Numbered from the stretch's first letter, positions 25,888 to 38,770 are shown. The stretch is 64,000 bases of DNA from Octopus sinensis (GCF_006345805.1 NC_043018.1:22382001-22446000); one strand, 5' to 3'. Notes: a model not told the origin generated them from the letters alone. Numbers and translations are program-made.

Positions 25888-26290
25888 TAGGAGTGGCTGT
25901 GTGGTAAGTAGCTTGTTTACCGACCACATGATACCGGGTTCAGTCCCACTGCGTGGAACCTTGGGCAAGTGTCTTCTACTATAGCCTCGGGCCGACCAAA
26001 GCCTTGTGAGTGGATTTGGTAGACGGAAACTGAAAGAAGCCCGTCGTATATATGTATATATATAAATATGCGTGTGTGTGTTTGTGTATCTGTATTTGTC
26101 CCCCTAGCATTGCTTGACAACCGATGCTGGTGTGTTTATGTCCCCGTAACTTAGCGGTTCGGCAAAAGAGACCGATAGAATAAGTACTGGGCTTACAAAA
26201 GAATAAGTCCCGGGGTCGAGTTGCTCGATTAAAAGGCGGTGCTCCAGCATGGCCGCAGTCAAATGACTGAAACAAGTAAAAAGAGTAAAA
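25888..26290 (+). mobile_element. Full-length SINE family B/C
   Basis: ggagtggctgtgtggtaag head through aagtaaaaagagt tail. Confidence 0.9.
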
Positions 26291-26504
26291 AAAAAAAGAT
26301 ATCTGTCTATTATTTGATTGGTCTTCGATGTTGTTGAGTAACCAATTCCAAAAAGTCAGAATTTATAATACGGGTTATACCATTCATCGTATCGTTCGCT
26401 GAGTTCGAAACGGGATTTGCTAGACCTCCTCCGTTCGAGTGATTTTCCCCGAGTCATCATTTCTCCCATATACGCCAATCGGTTGCCCGTTGACAGCTGC
26501 GTAG

Positions 26505-26620
26505 TGGACGGGAAGCAACGTGAAATAAAGTGTCTTGCTCAAGAACACAACGTATAGCCGCCGGTCTGGGAATTGAAACCACGATCTCGCAAACGTCAGA
26601 ACCAAGCCATGCAACTCCAC
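26505..26620 (-). mobile_element. SINE family D head fragment
   Basis: gcaacgtgaaataaagtgtcttgctcaagaacacaac motif. Confidence 0.7.
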
Positions 26621-26759
26621 AATGAATTATAAGTAGGGAGAGCTTGTCTTCATCTTACAGAAGCCTTACCACTTGTCATTTTTGCAACCACATAGGGCCA
26701 GCACCTCCTAATTCATTACAATCCCTTTAAAGTGAAGATGTCGCCAAATTTTGAAATGC

Positions 26760-27115
26760 TTTTCTTCTTCTTCTTCTTCTTCTTCTTCTTCTTCTTCTTC
26801 TTCTTCTTTTCCTTCTTCTCCTTCGTTTTCTTTTCCTTCTTTTCCTTCTTCTTCTTCTTCTTCTTCTTCTTCCCCTTCTCCTCCTTCTTCTTCGTCTTCT
26901 TCTTCTTCTTCTTTTTCTTTTCCTTCTCCTTTTCTTCTCCTTCTTTTCCTTCTTCTTCTCCTCCTCCTCCTTCTTCTTCTTCTTCTTCTTCTTCTTCTTT
27001 TCCTCCTCCTCCTCCTCCTCCTTCTTCTTCTTCTTCTTCTTCTTTTCTTCCTCCTCCTCCTCCTCCTTCTTCTTCTTCTTCTTCTGACGACGACGACGAC
27101 GACGATGACATCGAC
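26760..27115. repeat. (TTC)n/(TCC)n/(GAC)n microsatellite
   Basis: Visible directly. Confidence 0.95.
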
Positions 27116-27361
27116 ACTGAAACGTAAGTATGGCAGGTCTTGTAAACAGCTCTTCGCTGATGCTTTGGTGAACAAGTACATATTTTCAATCTGACTTCCT
27201 TCAAGACGGTATCAATGAAGAAATCATTGATGATAGGAACGAGGAGGAATGAAATTTGAAAAATGTTCAGAAATAACATCAAGCAGCTCCACAGATCCAG
27301 CGAAATGAAATTTCATATGGAGCAAAGAACTATTTTCTTTGTCCGTTGCTGAAATTTTGTT

Positions 27362-27373
27362 AGCATATATTAT

Positions 27374-27444
<71 letters not shown>

Positions 27445-27513
27445 CATATATGTATGTATGTATGTATGCATGTATATATATGTATGTACGTATATATATA
27501 CATGTATACATAA

Positions 27514-27551
<38 letters not shown>

Positions 27552-27556
27552 TATAT

Positions 27557-27588
<32 letters not shown>

Positions 27589-27694
27589 ATGTATATATTA
27601 TATGTATGTATATATAAATAATACATATATATATATGTGTATATATATATAAATATATAGATACATGTAAATGTATAAATATATATAAATATAC

Positions 27695-27731
<37 letters not shown>

Positions 27732-27809
27732 CAAATCAAACATAAAAAATAGGAAGAAACAACAAAAGTCAATTGGACTTGGATGATTACGGCAAATACA
27801 TACACACAG

Positions 27810-27880
<71 letters not shown>
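27362..27880. repeat. (TA)n/(CA)n microsatellite block
   Basis: Visible directly. Confidence 0.95.
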
Positions 27881-27883
<3 letters not shown>

Positions 27884-28794
27884 TACTAGATAAGCTACGG
27901 TAGCTTTGAACTGTAATCTAGAAAGGAAACGCTTACTATTGGACTACTGGCTTCCAAGGATTGATTGTGCAGATAAGGCAAGCAGTAAGAAATGGCAAAG
28001 CTTAATAAATGCAGCATCTGCAGCGGATTGAACAGCATGACAGATGAGTGTGCGAGTAATTGGGGGGATCTACCGTCGTAGTCTGAACTTATAATTCTGA
28101 AGAATTTCCAAATATGCTTAAAAAGAAAGCAATTGAGAGAAAGTACGGTATGCCTATCCGTCTAATGCTCTCTATGTGTGTCTTACGCTTTCTATCTGTC
28201 TGAATAAAGATGTATTATCTGTTTACCCAAAGCGAATTCTTCGATATGATGAACGATGACGTGAAGATCCTATCTGGTGGAACAATAACTTCAATTAGCA
28301 GGTTAAACTAAATAGGAACAGAAGTCGATTTGTATATGAAGAGAAATATTCAAGGTTTCGAGAGAATATTGATTCCTTTAGCGGTGGTGGTGGTGGTGGT
28401 TTTGGTAAAGTCTTCCGTACTCGTTCGATCGACTGATGCTTATTTTATCGATTTTCAGAAAAGGAATGGAACGACAGAAATAGTAGCACGCCGGGTAATA
28501 TGTTTTCCTCTTTGGGTTTTGGGCTCAAATTTCGACATGGTTGACTCTCTTTGATGCATCAGAATCAGTAAAAATAAAAATGGGGAAAATAAAAAGTTCA
28601 AAGCAAATAAAAGGATCGATTCAATCGATTTTGTTCTTCCTTTACAAACGTATTGTTTTGTGCCATTATGAGAAAGTATTTTACCATTCTTGGAGGAATA
28701 TGAACTTACATCGCAGAAACGTAAAAAACTAGGAGGCAAATTTCTTGAGATATTTCGTCCAGTCTTGTATTTTTCTTCTACTGCTATAGAAAAA

Positions 28795-28833
28795 GAAAGA
28801 AAGAAAAAAGAAAGAAAGAAAGAAAGAAAGAAA

Positions 28834-28867
<34 letters not shown>

Positions 28868-29040
28868 AGAAAGAAAAAAGAAAAGACAGAAGAAAGAAAG
28901 AGAAGAAAGAAAGAAGAACGAAAAGAAAAGAAAGAAAGAAAAAAAGAAAGAAGAAGAAAGAAAGAAAGAAAGGAAGAAAGAAGAAAAAGAAAGAAAGAAA
29001 GGAAGAAATAGCCAAGGAAAGAAAGAAAAGATAGAAAGAA
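28795..29040. repeat. (GAAA)n microsatellite
   Basis: Visible directly. Confidence 0.95.
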
Positions 29041-30899
29041 ATTTAGAATAAGAATTTGTAATAGTTTGTAACTATAGAATTAGTTGCGTAAACTTGGAAA
29101 TGTCCCCAGCCTCGGGAATAAAACCGTCGATCGATAATTCGATCTCACTGTACGAAATTAAAATCTCTTTTGTGAGTACGGAATAAATGCTGGAATAAAG
29201 AGACCGTTATCTTTTGTGAGTACAGAATAATGATGCAATGAATAGAATGGCTGTTTACTTCTATGCAGTAGTTTCGACTGAAATGTCTACCTCTATTCTG
29301 TCTTCAACTCTATCGTATATAATAAAGCTTGCAGGTTTTAAGGCTTCCGAAATATATATATATATAAACCAGTTTCTGAGCTATTAAAATACCGATGTTT
29401 CAAATTTATATAGAAAACAATGTATTTAAAGGGGAACTCTTTAACAAGGTTATTTGATACGCTGGCATATACAACCTACAACCAATAGAAGAAAGCTTCT
29501 GTAACACATATTGACATACAACCTGGAACCAATAAAGTAAAGCTTATACGTGATATTGATATTTATATACGTTTGCATCGCAATTCTACCTGTGAAACGT
29601 TTTCATGATTCAGAAGTTGAATATATTTATTGGTAGCTTTTCAATGCAGAAGTTGTACAAGTTTCTAGATTCTTATCTGGAAATGAATATTCAGTGATTT
29701 TTAAAGAAAATAGAAATAAATGTTCTGAACGTATTGTAAGCAAACCTGAATTAGGTTTCAAAGAAAAAATATATCACAATTAACCCTTTGATTATTTTTA
29801 TATTGAACACTAAGGAGTAGAATACAGTCTTGATTGAAACAATTTGCCTCTATACACATCGCTAATACTCTAATACTCTGAACAAGTTAACATCTATTTC
29901 CTTTACAAAATAGAATAGTTGTTTCCTTTCAACTAGTCAATAGTTAAAGGATTTAGTATGTTTAGTGCGTCGCCATTTTGAATTCAGTTTCTTAGCCGAA
30001 CGACATTGTCTATCGCTGTGTTGTGAGTACATAAAATAGATTTCTTTTGAGTAGTAGGAGAGTCTCTTCGTTATATGAATCAAACTTACACTACGTGCGC
30101 AAGCGAAAGAAGGATATTGTAGTCGCTTGTCTTTGTCTGCTTGTCTGTGTGTTTGCAAAATAACTGGAAAACGGCTGAGCGGATTTTCACCAAATTTTGG
30201 CAGAAATACTCATTCGGAGAGTTGTTCGAACTCATCAAATTTTGGTTTGATCACCATCAAAACTGGCCGACGGCTGAATCAAAATGCTTTCTTCTTTGAT
30301 AGATATGCATAAACGATAAGCAGGAGAAATAACTCTTGATGTCATTTTGTTGAAATATGAATTCGTCTAAGAATATATTTATTAAATTGAATTATATTTT
30401 GTCTTTGTATGCGCGCAAGGTATGCATCACCCCTCCCAGGCCCTTTTTTCATTTATTACTGGTATATATATACCTTATATTCGGAATATAGAAAGACTCT
30501 GTCGGCTCCGATTAATGTAAAGTTATGGAACTCAAAGCTGAAAGATGTTACCATCGGGTACTCTACTGCTTCCTTCAACTACCTTCTTGCACACGAATCT
30601 ATAAAATAAAAACCAGAACTTTTATAAAGCTTCAGTTGGGTGGGAGGCAATCGGTTGATCAGTTATAGACTTCGCTTATATATGACTGGTTCTGTAAGCA
30701 ATGAAAAGAAATCACATTTCGATAACAATCACTATAAAATGGTAAAGCAAGAAGTAACCGAAATTCCAAGCAACTTTGATTCCTCGTCGAAGTTATTTCT
30801 ATCCGTTTGCATCGTCAATGTTGTAAAGAAAGGCATGAACATCACAGTATCCAAGCTCTAAATATAGAAATGTTTTATGTTCAATAAAAACAAATATGA

Positions 30900-31172
30900 C
30901 AATTGCAGCGTGGAAGGTGTTTGTAAGCCATTTAAGAAACACACAAAGGCCGTTCGATTCACTTCAACATTTAAGTTTTATTGAACAGTGAACAGGTCGC
31001 GGTCTTAAAGCGACGAAAATATTTTGACAAATTAAACTTAAATGTTGAAGTGAATCGAACGGCTTTTGTGTGTTTCTTAAATGGCTTACAAACACCTTCC
31101 ACGCTGCCAATTGTTTTCGTTTCAGCACACGATCTCAGATCAAATCACTTGCTATGCAAGTACATCTCCGTA
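30900..31172. mobile_element. Fold-back (internally inverted) repeat family member
   Basis: gcagcgtggaaggtgtttgtaagccatttaagaaacacacaaa recurs in inverted form within ~200 bp; same family occurs twice at 56390-57065. Confidence 0.8.
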
Positions 31173-32213
31173 AAAAAAAACAAATATGCTAATACGTAAA
31201 GTAATTTAAATAATTTAGTTATTAATTAGCACAAAGCTACACCGAGGAAGAATATGCAGATGATTCTTTTAATTAGTCTGCTTAATGACTAATAGTTATC
31301 TTAGGAAACTTCCTGCTGGGTAAAAGAATAAAAGATATAATTGACACCGGTGGGATTTGAAAACTGAAGGTAAAAAGGACCGAAAGAAATACTGCAAAGA
31401 ATTTAGGTCAAACCTCGAGATTTTTTTACCCCCAACCGCCCCACCTACCCTCCCCCCCCCACAAATAATTATGGCTTCAGTTTTCATTTTAGAATTGATG
31501 ACAAAACACGATGCTAATGTAAAGCTACTTGGAGGTATATGAATGCTATCATATAACAACTTTTACAAACGTTTATATTTGCTCGCTGAATACTCAAGGT
31601 ATGTAGCAGAATTACTGAGTAGCGCATACCATCACTCTGGTTCCATTCTCATTAAGCTTCTTCGTTTAGTTGGAAATCTTCAAGACTAAAAGACAGAAAT
31701 GTATGAATGCGTCTGTTACTGCTTGTTCTGTGTCAGAAATAGCGAAATGGAACTAACATTGCTTATATGTCAGACATAAATATTTAAGAGTTTATTTAAA
31801 TGACTTCGACCTGTTTTGCTAATACGAAAGTCTTGGAGAATTTCAGATCGATTTCACACAGAATAGCAAAGTTTCATATTTACGTGAGAAGATGCGAAAT
31901 TATAACACGTGTGTTTTCCCCCGAAAGGTTCTTAATTATTCTTATTACTGAAGATAAATGGAAACTCAGAAAAACTGAAACTATGCCATAGACTTAATTT
32001 GCTGGAAGCTTATTTCCACCTCTGCGACGTCATCACAATTTGAGTACATTCTATAATCTTCCAGATTCGATTCCTGTTATTTCTTTTAACTGGCATTTTA
32101 ACATCACTACAGGTAACAGACAATAATGGTAGGCTGTATAGTCTTCGACATTCTAATTTTTTGAATACCTCGTGTTAAATATTTATCCTTGCTCGATATT
32201 GCTGAGTAATAAG

Positions 32214-32875
32214 GCGGCGAGCTGATAGAATCGTTAACACGCCGGACAAAATGCTTAGCGGCATTTCGTCTGCTGTTACGTTCTGAGTTCAAATTCCGCC
32301 GAGGCCGACTTTGCCTTTCGCCCTTTCAGAGTCGATTAAGTAAGTACCAGTTACGTACCAGTGCGTAACTGGTACTTACTTAATCGACTTAATCCCTTTG
32401 TCTGTCCTTGTTTGTCCCTTCTATGTTTAGCCCTCAGTGGGCAATAAAGAAATAGATATTTATGTCTTTATTACCCACAGGGGGTTAAACATAGAGGGGA
32501 TAAACAAGGACAAACAAAGGGATTAAGTCGATTACATCGACCCCAGTGCATAACTGGTACTTATTTTAATCGACCCCGAAAGGATGAAATGCAAAGTCGA
32601 CCTCGGCTGAATTTGAACTCAGAACGTAGCGGCAGACGAAATACTTATTTCTTTACTACCCACAAGGGGCTAAACACAGAGGAGACAAACAAGGACAGAC
32701 AAACGTAAGTCGATTATATCGATCCCAGTGCGTAACTGGTACTTAATTTATCGACCCCGAAAGGATGAAAAGCAAAGTCGACCTCGGCGGAATCTGAACT
32801 CAGAACGTAACGGAAGACGAAATACTGCTAAGCATTTCGCCTGGCGTGCTAACGATTCTGCCAGCTCGCCGCCTT
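32214..32875. mobile_element. SINE family A: one plus copy tail-to-tail with a minus-strand dimer
   Basis: Head at 32214 (+) and at 32875 (-); internal junction near 32640. Confidence 0.85.
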
Positions 32876-33549
32876 ATAAAGAAATAGATATTGCTGAGTA
32901 ATTTCCAAGGAAGAAATCACTACTTGCGATATGGTTTCGATATCAAGTGAAACCATTTCACTTGACTCCCATTTTTTATTTATCCAATTTTTTTTCTGTA
33001 GCACTGAGACCCATAAGGCCGATTACTCGGTTTCCTGGGTCTATAGATAACTGACATCATGACATTCACCTGAACAGGATGCCGATCCGTTGCAGGATTT
33101 AAAGCTAGTAAATTTTGAGGGGAATGACAAGTCGATTACGACACCAGTATTTGACTGGTACTTTATTTCAACGAACCCGAAAAGACGAAAGGCAAAACTG
33201 ACCTCAGCGAGGTTTGAACTCAGAATGTAAAGAGCTGAAAGCAATGACGAATAGCATTTTGTCGGACCCATTAAGAATTCTTCCAGCTCACCATCCTCCT
33301 ATTTTTATCACTTTTTATTCTTTTTATAAACATTTTTCTGGGTTTGTAGCATAAATTAACAGATTCACAAAATTGTTTAAGTTCGTTTTTAGTGTTAAAT
33401 TTATTGGAACAATCCACAAAGATGCCAAGCAATAGTACAACCCACTCTAAAAGCATGAAAGTCAGTTGACCCTGGTACGATTTGATATTAGTGTCTAAGA
33501 GGACAAAAACTAATTTGTCAGCCCTCCCCTCCTCGTCCTGATATATAAT

Positions 33550-33550
33550 T

Positions 33551-33628
<78 letters not shown>

Positions 33629-33823
33629 CATAGATAGAGACACAGAAAGAAAGATAGATAGATAGATAAGTTTCTTTATTGGCCACACAGGGCTGCACAC
33701 AGATGGGACAAGTTACAAGGTAGAGCTTTTCTTTTGGGGGATGAAGAAAATAGATAGATAGATAGATAGATAGATAAATAGATAAATAGATAGATAGATA
33801 AATAGATAGATGGATAAATAGAC

Positions 33824-33862
<39 letters not shown>

Positions 33863-33875
33863 TCGATAGACAGAC

Positions 33876-33934
<59 letters not shown>

Positions 33935-33947
33935 TAGACAGACAGAC

Positions 33948-34001
<54 letters not shown>

Positions 34002-34285
34002 GTTTCTTTATTGGCCACACAGGGCTGCACACAGATGGGACAAGTTACAAGGTAGAGCTTTTCTTTTGGGGGATGAAAAAAACAAAAAAAAACGAAGAAA
34101 AAAAAAGGGGTGGCGTAGGTTTTCGATCAAGAGGGATCGTAAAAGGGAAGAAAAGACCAAAAAAAAAAAAATAAATAAATAAATAAATAAAATAAAAAAT
34201 AAAAATAATAAAAAAAAGAAAAAAAAGGAAAGGAAAAGGAACAAAAGAAAAGAGAAATGAGATAGATAGATAGATAGATAGATAA
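33550..34285. repeat. (GATA)n/(GACA)n array containing two copies of a probable LINE 3' end
   Basis: agtttctttattggccacacagggctgcacac...ggatgaa at 33669 and 34001; AATAAA then (TATC)n on the minus strand. Confidence 0.75.
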
Positions 34286-34480
34286 GGCGCGGAGCTGGCA
34301 GAATCGTTAGCACGCCGGGAAAAATGCTCAGTGGCATTTCGTCCGTCTTCACGTTCTGAGTTCAAATTCTGCCGAGGTTGACTTTGCCTTTCATCCTTTC
34401 CAGGTCGATAAAATGAGTACCAGTTATGTACTGGGATTCATGTAATTGACTTACCTCCTTTCCCGAAATTGCTGCCTTGT
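34285..34480 (+). mobile_element. SINE family A
   Basis: ggcgcggagctggcagaatcgttagcacgccggg head plus body. Confidence 0.8.
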
Positions 34481-34744
34481 GTCAAAATTCGTAGCCACTA
34501 TTTCTGTCTAGGTCAATGCCAATGTTATCGTTATTTTGTGGCTGTAGCATGGCCAAAGAATGAAGATATTCGTTTTGTGGTTACGAGGTCTCAGGCCCTT
34601 AGTGACTCTTAGTGTCTTGTGTGAAAGCTCCAGGTAAACCCAAGCCTTATGAGGAATACTGGGTAAAAGGAAACTATACTGAAGCCTGTCTGATAAATCA
34701 TACCTGTAATTCAAAGATTCAGCTTTGACACACGCTGTTTCGTT

Positions 34745-35234
34745 GATTCTACCTGTGAGATTACATTAAGGGTACATGTGTGTGCGGAATACTCGGCTAC
34801 TCACGTACTAAATTGATTCTACCTGTGAGACTACATTAAGGGTACATGTGTGTGCGGAATACTCGGCTACTCACGTACTAAATTGATCCTACCTGTGAGA
34901 CTACATTAAGGGTACATGTGTGTGCGGAATACTCGGCTACTCACGTACTAAATAGATTCTACCTGTGAGACTACATTAAGGGTACATGTGTGTGCGGAAT
35001 ACTCGGCTACTCACGTACTAAATTGATTCTACCTGTGAGACTACATTAAGGGTACATGTGTGTGCGGAATACTCGGCTACTCACGTACTAAATTGATTCT
35101 ACCTGTGAGACTACATTAAGGGTACATGTGTGTGCGGAATACTCGGCTACTCACGTACTAAATTGATTCTACCTGTGAGACTACATTAAGGGTACATGAG
35201 TGTGCGGAATACTCGGCTACTCACGTACTAAATT
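34745..35234. repeat. 70-bp minisatellite, 7 near-identical copies
   Basis: gattctacctgtgagactacattaagggtac... repeats with period 70; the unit resembles the SINE E body (gaactacgttaagggtacac). Confidence 0.95.
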
Positions 35235-36027
35235 AATGACCAAATAGTTCAGTATCGACCAGCTGAATACTCATTACCAAAATCGATTAAAGATCCTTTT
35301 ATTTTTCATTATTTTTTTTAATATTTTATTTATTTATTATCGCTGTTGTCACCTAGCAAATTCACAGAATCATTTAATAAACCATTTTTTTTTCTAAAAG
35401 CACCAGGTCTTCTTTTCGTAAATCATGCGTCTACTATTGAAAATCAGGAACGTTAATGGTCTTTTTTTTTATATATTTTTGTTCTACATGCACAGAATAT
35501 TTTTTTTTCTTTTCGCTCTTTTATTTCTTTTTTTTCTTCTTTTCTTTTCATTTTCATAGTCATTGCTTTTGCTGATTGGTCGCCATTACGAATGTAACCA
35601 AACCAATGACATCGGAATGTTCGAATAAATTTGAAAGAAAACTGGGGTTTTTTTTGTTTGTTGTTTTTTTTTTTGCATTAACGAAAACCACATTAAATAA
35701 AAAAAACATTTGCCTTGTAAAACAGGGCTACACAGCAGAAGCATAAAAATATAAATCCATTTTCTTCTATTCCAGAAAACCAGAATGTGTTAATAACCAA
35801 CGCAACTGCAGATGATGATGTCCATATCTAACAGCAACAAAAACTAAATAAATTCGTCAACAGAATTCTTTCTTTTTATTTTAATTTTATATTTTGCTGT
35901 TTTTCCTTAACATAAAACTGACTTCTATGAAAATCCTTGGAAAAATACAATTTTCCACAATTCAATGAAAGTAAAAGAAAAAAAACAACTAATAATTTCT
36001 AGGCACTTTCAGGGGTGGAAGCTAGTT

Positions 36028-36556
36028 TATTATATCGACCCCAGTGCGTAACTGGTACTTATTTAATCGACCCCGAAAGGATGAAAGGCAAAGTCGACCT
36101 CAGCGGAATTTGAACTCAGAACGTAACGACAGACGAAATACCTATTTCTTTACAGCCCACAAGGGGCTACACACACAGGGGACAAACAAGGACAGACAGA
36201 CGGATTAAGTCGATTATATCGACACCAGTGCGTAACTGGTACTTATCTTACCGACCCCGAAAGGATGAAAGGCAAAATCGACCTCAGCGAAATTTGAACT
36301 CAGAACGTAACGGCAGACGAAATACTTGTTTCTTTACTACCCACAAGGGGCTACACACAGAGGGGACAAACAAGGACAGACAAACGGATTAAATCGATTA
36401 TATCGACACCAGTGCGTAACTGGTACTTATCTTATCGACCCCGAAAGGATGAAAGGCAAAGTCAACCTCAGCGGAATTTGAACTCAGAACGTAAAGACGG
36501 ACGAAATGCTGTTAAGCATTTTGTCCGACGTGCTAACGATTCTGCCAGCACGCCAC
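36028..36556 (-). mobile_element. SINE family A trimer (one head plus ~2.6 copies of a 184-bp body)
   Basis: Period ~184 bp; junctions at ~36140 and ~36325. Confidence 0.9.
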
Positions 36557-36733
36557 CCTAATAATATTAAAGTCATGCGCTGTTTATCGTGATGATATCC
36601 CTTTGTTGCTCACGTATGGCCGTGATGCTTGTGCCTGGTGTCCCCTTATCAGACGAGTAGTCATGATGGGGATAATGGGCTTCGTATATTTTACCCCACT
36701 GTCAGTTTGATGGCATTCACTGCTCTATCACTC

Positions 36734-36794
<61 letters not shown>

Positions 36795-36994
36795 TTTAAG
36801 GATTGATGTTATTCCTCCAGAAAGTAAAGAAGCAATAAGAAGAGTGCAACTGTTATCGAATGAACAATATTTTGACACTTTGTGTCTCTTCCACAAGTTC
36901 ATAATAAGCAATCCTTTAAATATTACCAAACTGAAGTAGATTGAGATGTTTATTTTGAACTTGTGGATAACAGTCGCACCCTAATAATAATAAA

Positions 36995-37027
<33 letters not shown>

Positions 37028-37695
37028 AATCTATTCTTTTATTGGCCATAAGGCCTCACATAAAATAACATTAAAAGACATGTAACAACATTAAAGACAA
37101 AAACAGGACGATACGATGGGTTTCACCGCGTATACACAATATAATAACAATAAAAATTTAACAAACTAAAACTCCCAACAGAGGAGGCGCTTTATGGTTC
37201 TCGTGGAAAACCCCACAAAAGCCATGGGTGCCTGAACAACAGGGCAAGAGCACTTCTCCCTTTTTTTTTTACAAGTGCACGCTCAGAATTGGTCCTTTCA
37301 CACTGGCCATTCTTCCAACATTCACCCACCTTCCAACAAACTTGCTTCAAGGCGACACTTCCCTCTCTACTCTCAACTTCCTTTTCAAGTGAAACTTGAA
37401 AAAGTTGATGAGGGCTTGGCCAAAGAGGAAAATGTCTGTCTTTAGCCTTTTCAAACGGGTCCACCATAATACCTCTTTCGCTACAGCCACTAGACAAATA
37501 AAAATTGCCTTCACCTCCTGGCCAAAAGAGCCCGGTGGGGCAATCTTCACAATGGATTCAGCAGATAGCCGGATCCGTCCCACACGCGATAGCAGGTGTT
37601 CGACATCAACTCACAGGTCAGCAATACTCGGGCACTGAACTAGGGCGTGCAGAACGGTTTCATCGTTCTGGGCGCACCCCGGGAAGGCCCAGCTG
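36995..37695 (-). pseudogene. Tx1/L1-clade LINE 3' end with (ATC)n tail
   Basis: Minus strand reads GCAQNDETVLHALVQCP (CCHC finger) and AVAKEVLWWTRLKR...FFKFHLKRKLRVER; AATAAAA precedes the tail. Confidence 0.7.
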
Positions 37696-38064
37696 ATGGC
37701 ACTTACGTGCCTGCAAAGTTTTGATAATAATTACTGGATAATTCCAGATCCCGAATTTCTGGCTTTGCATTTAGAAATGCTTTGCCTCATCAGTGGAATA
37801 TACGCAGAGAGAAACATAAATACACACACACACACACCACACACACACACACATATATATATACAACATACGAATACTTACATATACGAACGTATACATA
37901 CATATATATGCACGTATGCAACATGACCAGTTTAAAATGCCCGCTTCTTAATTCCATGTGAGATATGGCTAAAACATCACCGCAGTAAATACAATGACGA
38001 AATAAATTTGAATTTATATAAATAAGGAAAAGATCGTTAATTCAAATTAAATAACGATCTTATC

Positions 38065-38298
38065 AAGTGGCCAGCATGGAAAAAATAACCTTCAAAGGTA
38101 ATAATTATTATTGAAATTATAACTGCGAGATACCGCCATGCTGAAAATAGCAGCCAGGATCTGACCCTAAAACCACCTTAAGTGGCCAGCATGGAAAAAA
38201 TAACCTTCAAAGGTAATAATTATTATTGAAATTATAACTGCGAGATACCGCCATGCTGAAAATAGCAGCCAGGATCTGACCCTAAAACCACCTTAAGT
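38065..38298. repeat. Perfect 115-bp tandem duplication
   Basis: aagtggccagcatgg starts at 38065 and 38180. Confidence 0.95.
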
Positions 38299-38344
38299 GT
38301 TCATATATATATGTATATGTATGTATATGTATGTAAGTCTATAT

Positions 38345-38602
38345 AGGCGTAGGAGTGGGTGCGTGGTAGGAAACTTGCTTTCAAACCACATGGTTCCGGG
38401 TTCAATCCCACTGCGTGGCACTTTGGGCAAGTGTCTTCTGCTATATCCTCGGGCCAATCAAAGCCCTGTGAGTGGATTTGGTAGACGGAAACTGAAAGAA
38501 GCCTGTCATATATATATATATTTGTGTGTCTATGTTTGTCCCCCCCCCATCGCTTGCCAACCGATGCTGGTGTGTCTAAGTTCCTGTTACTTAGCGGTTC
38601 GG
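38345..38602 (+). mobile_element. SINE family B/C, 3'-truncated
   Basis: Head and partial tail. Confidence 0.8.
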
Positions 38603-38614
38603 TATATATATATA

Positions 38615-38770
38615 CCGGAGTAAACACATAAATGTGAAACAAGGTGGAAAAAAGAGTACTCAAATACCAGTGGTAGAGTAATATGCTTTATTTAAAGCAG
38701 CAGAAAATTCAACAAAACCTGTTACTCTGAGTTTCCCGTTGCCGTTCATCGGACAGTTTTTGCTCGCAAT
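38615..38770 (-). mobile_element. Probable Penelope-like pLTR remnant
   Basis: Contains a minimal hammerhead motif of the type known from Penelope pLTRs; assignment is inferred from that motif. Confidence 0.5.
38719..38756 (-). ncRNA. Minimal type I hammerhead candidate with U4C core variant
   Basis: CTGT CCGATGA A CG-GCAA-CG G GAAA CTC-A-GAG TA ACAG; stem I 4/4; GTA triplet. Confidence 0.5.

Noticed and set aside
26708-27282. Poly-E/K/R/S ORFs and an adjacent frame with a single in-frame TGA (27345-27120, minus)
   Set aside because: Mostly (TTC)n. The flanking frame has no recognisable homology and I saw no SECIS-like element, so there is no basis for selenoprotein or readthrough claims
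31110-31150. CTGAGATCGT...ACGAAA (minus strand) in the fold-back family
   Set aside because: Core lacks N7, and G12 would have to be shared with the stem; not a valid hammerhead
35575-35607. Opposed CCAAT boxes with a GCCAT between them
   Set aside because: Short motifs expected by chance; no supporting gene structure
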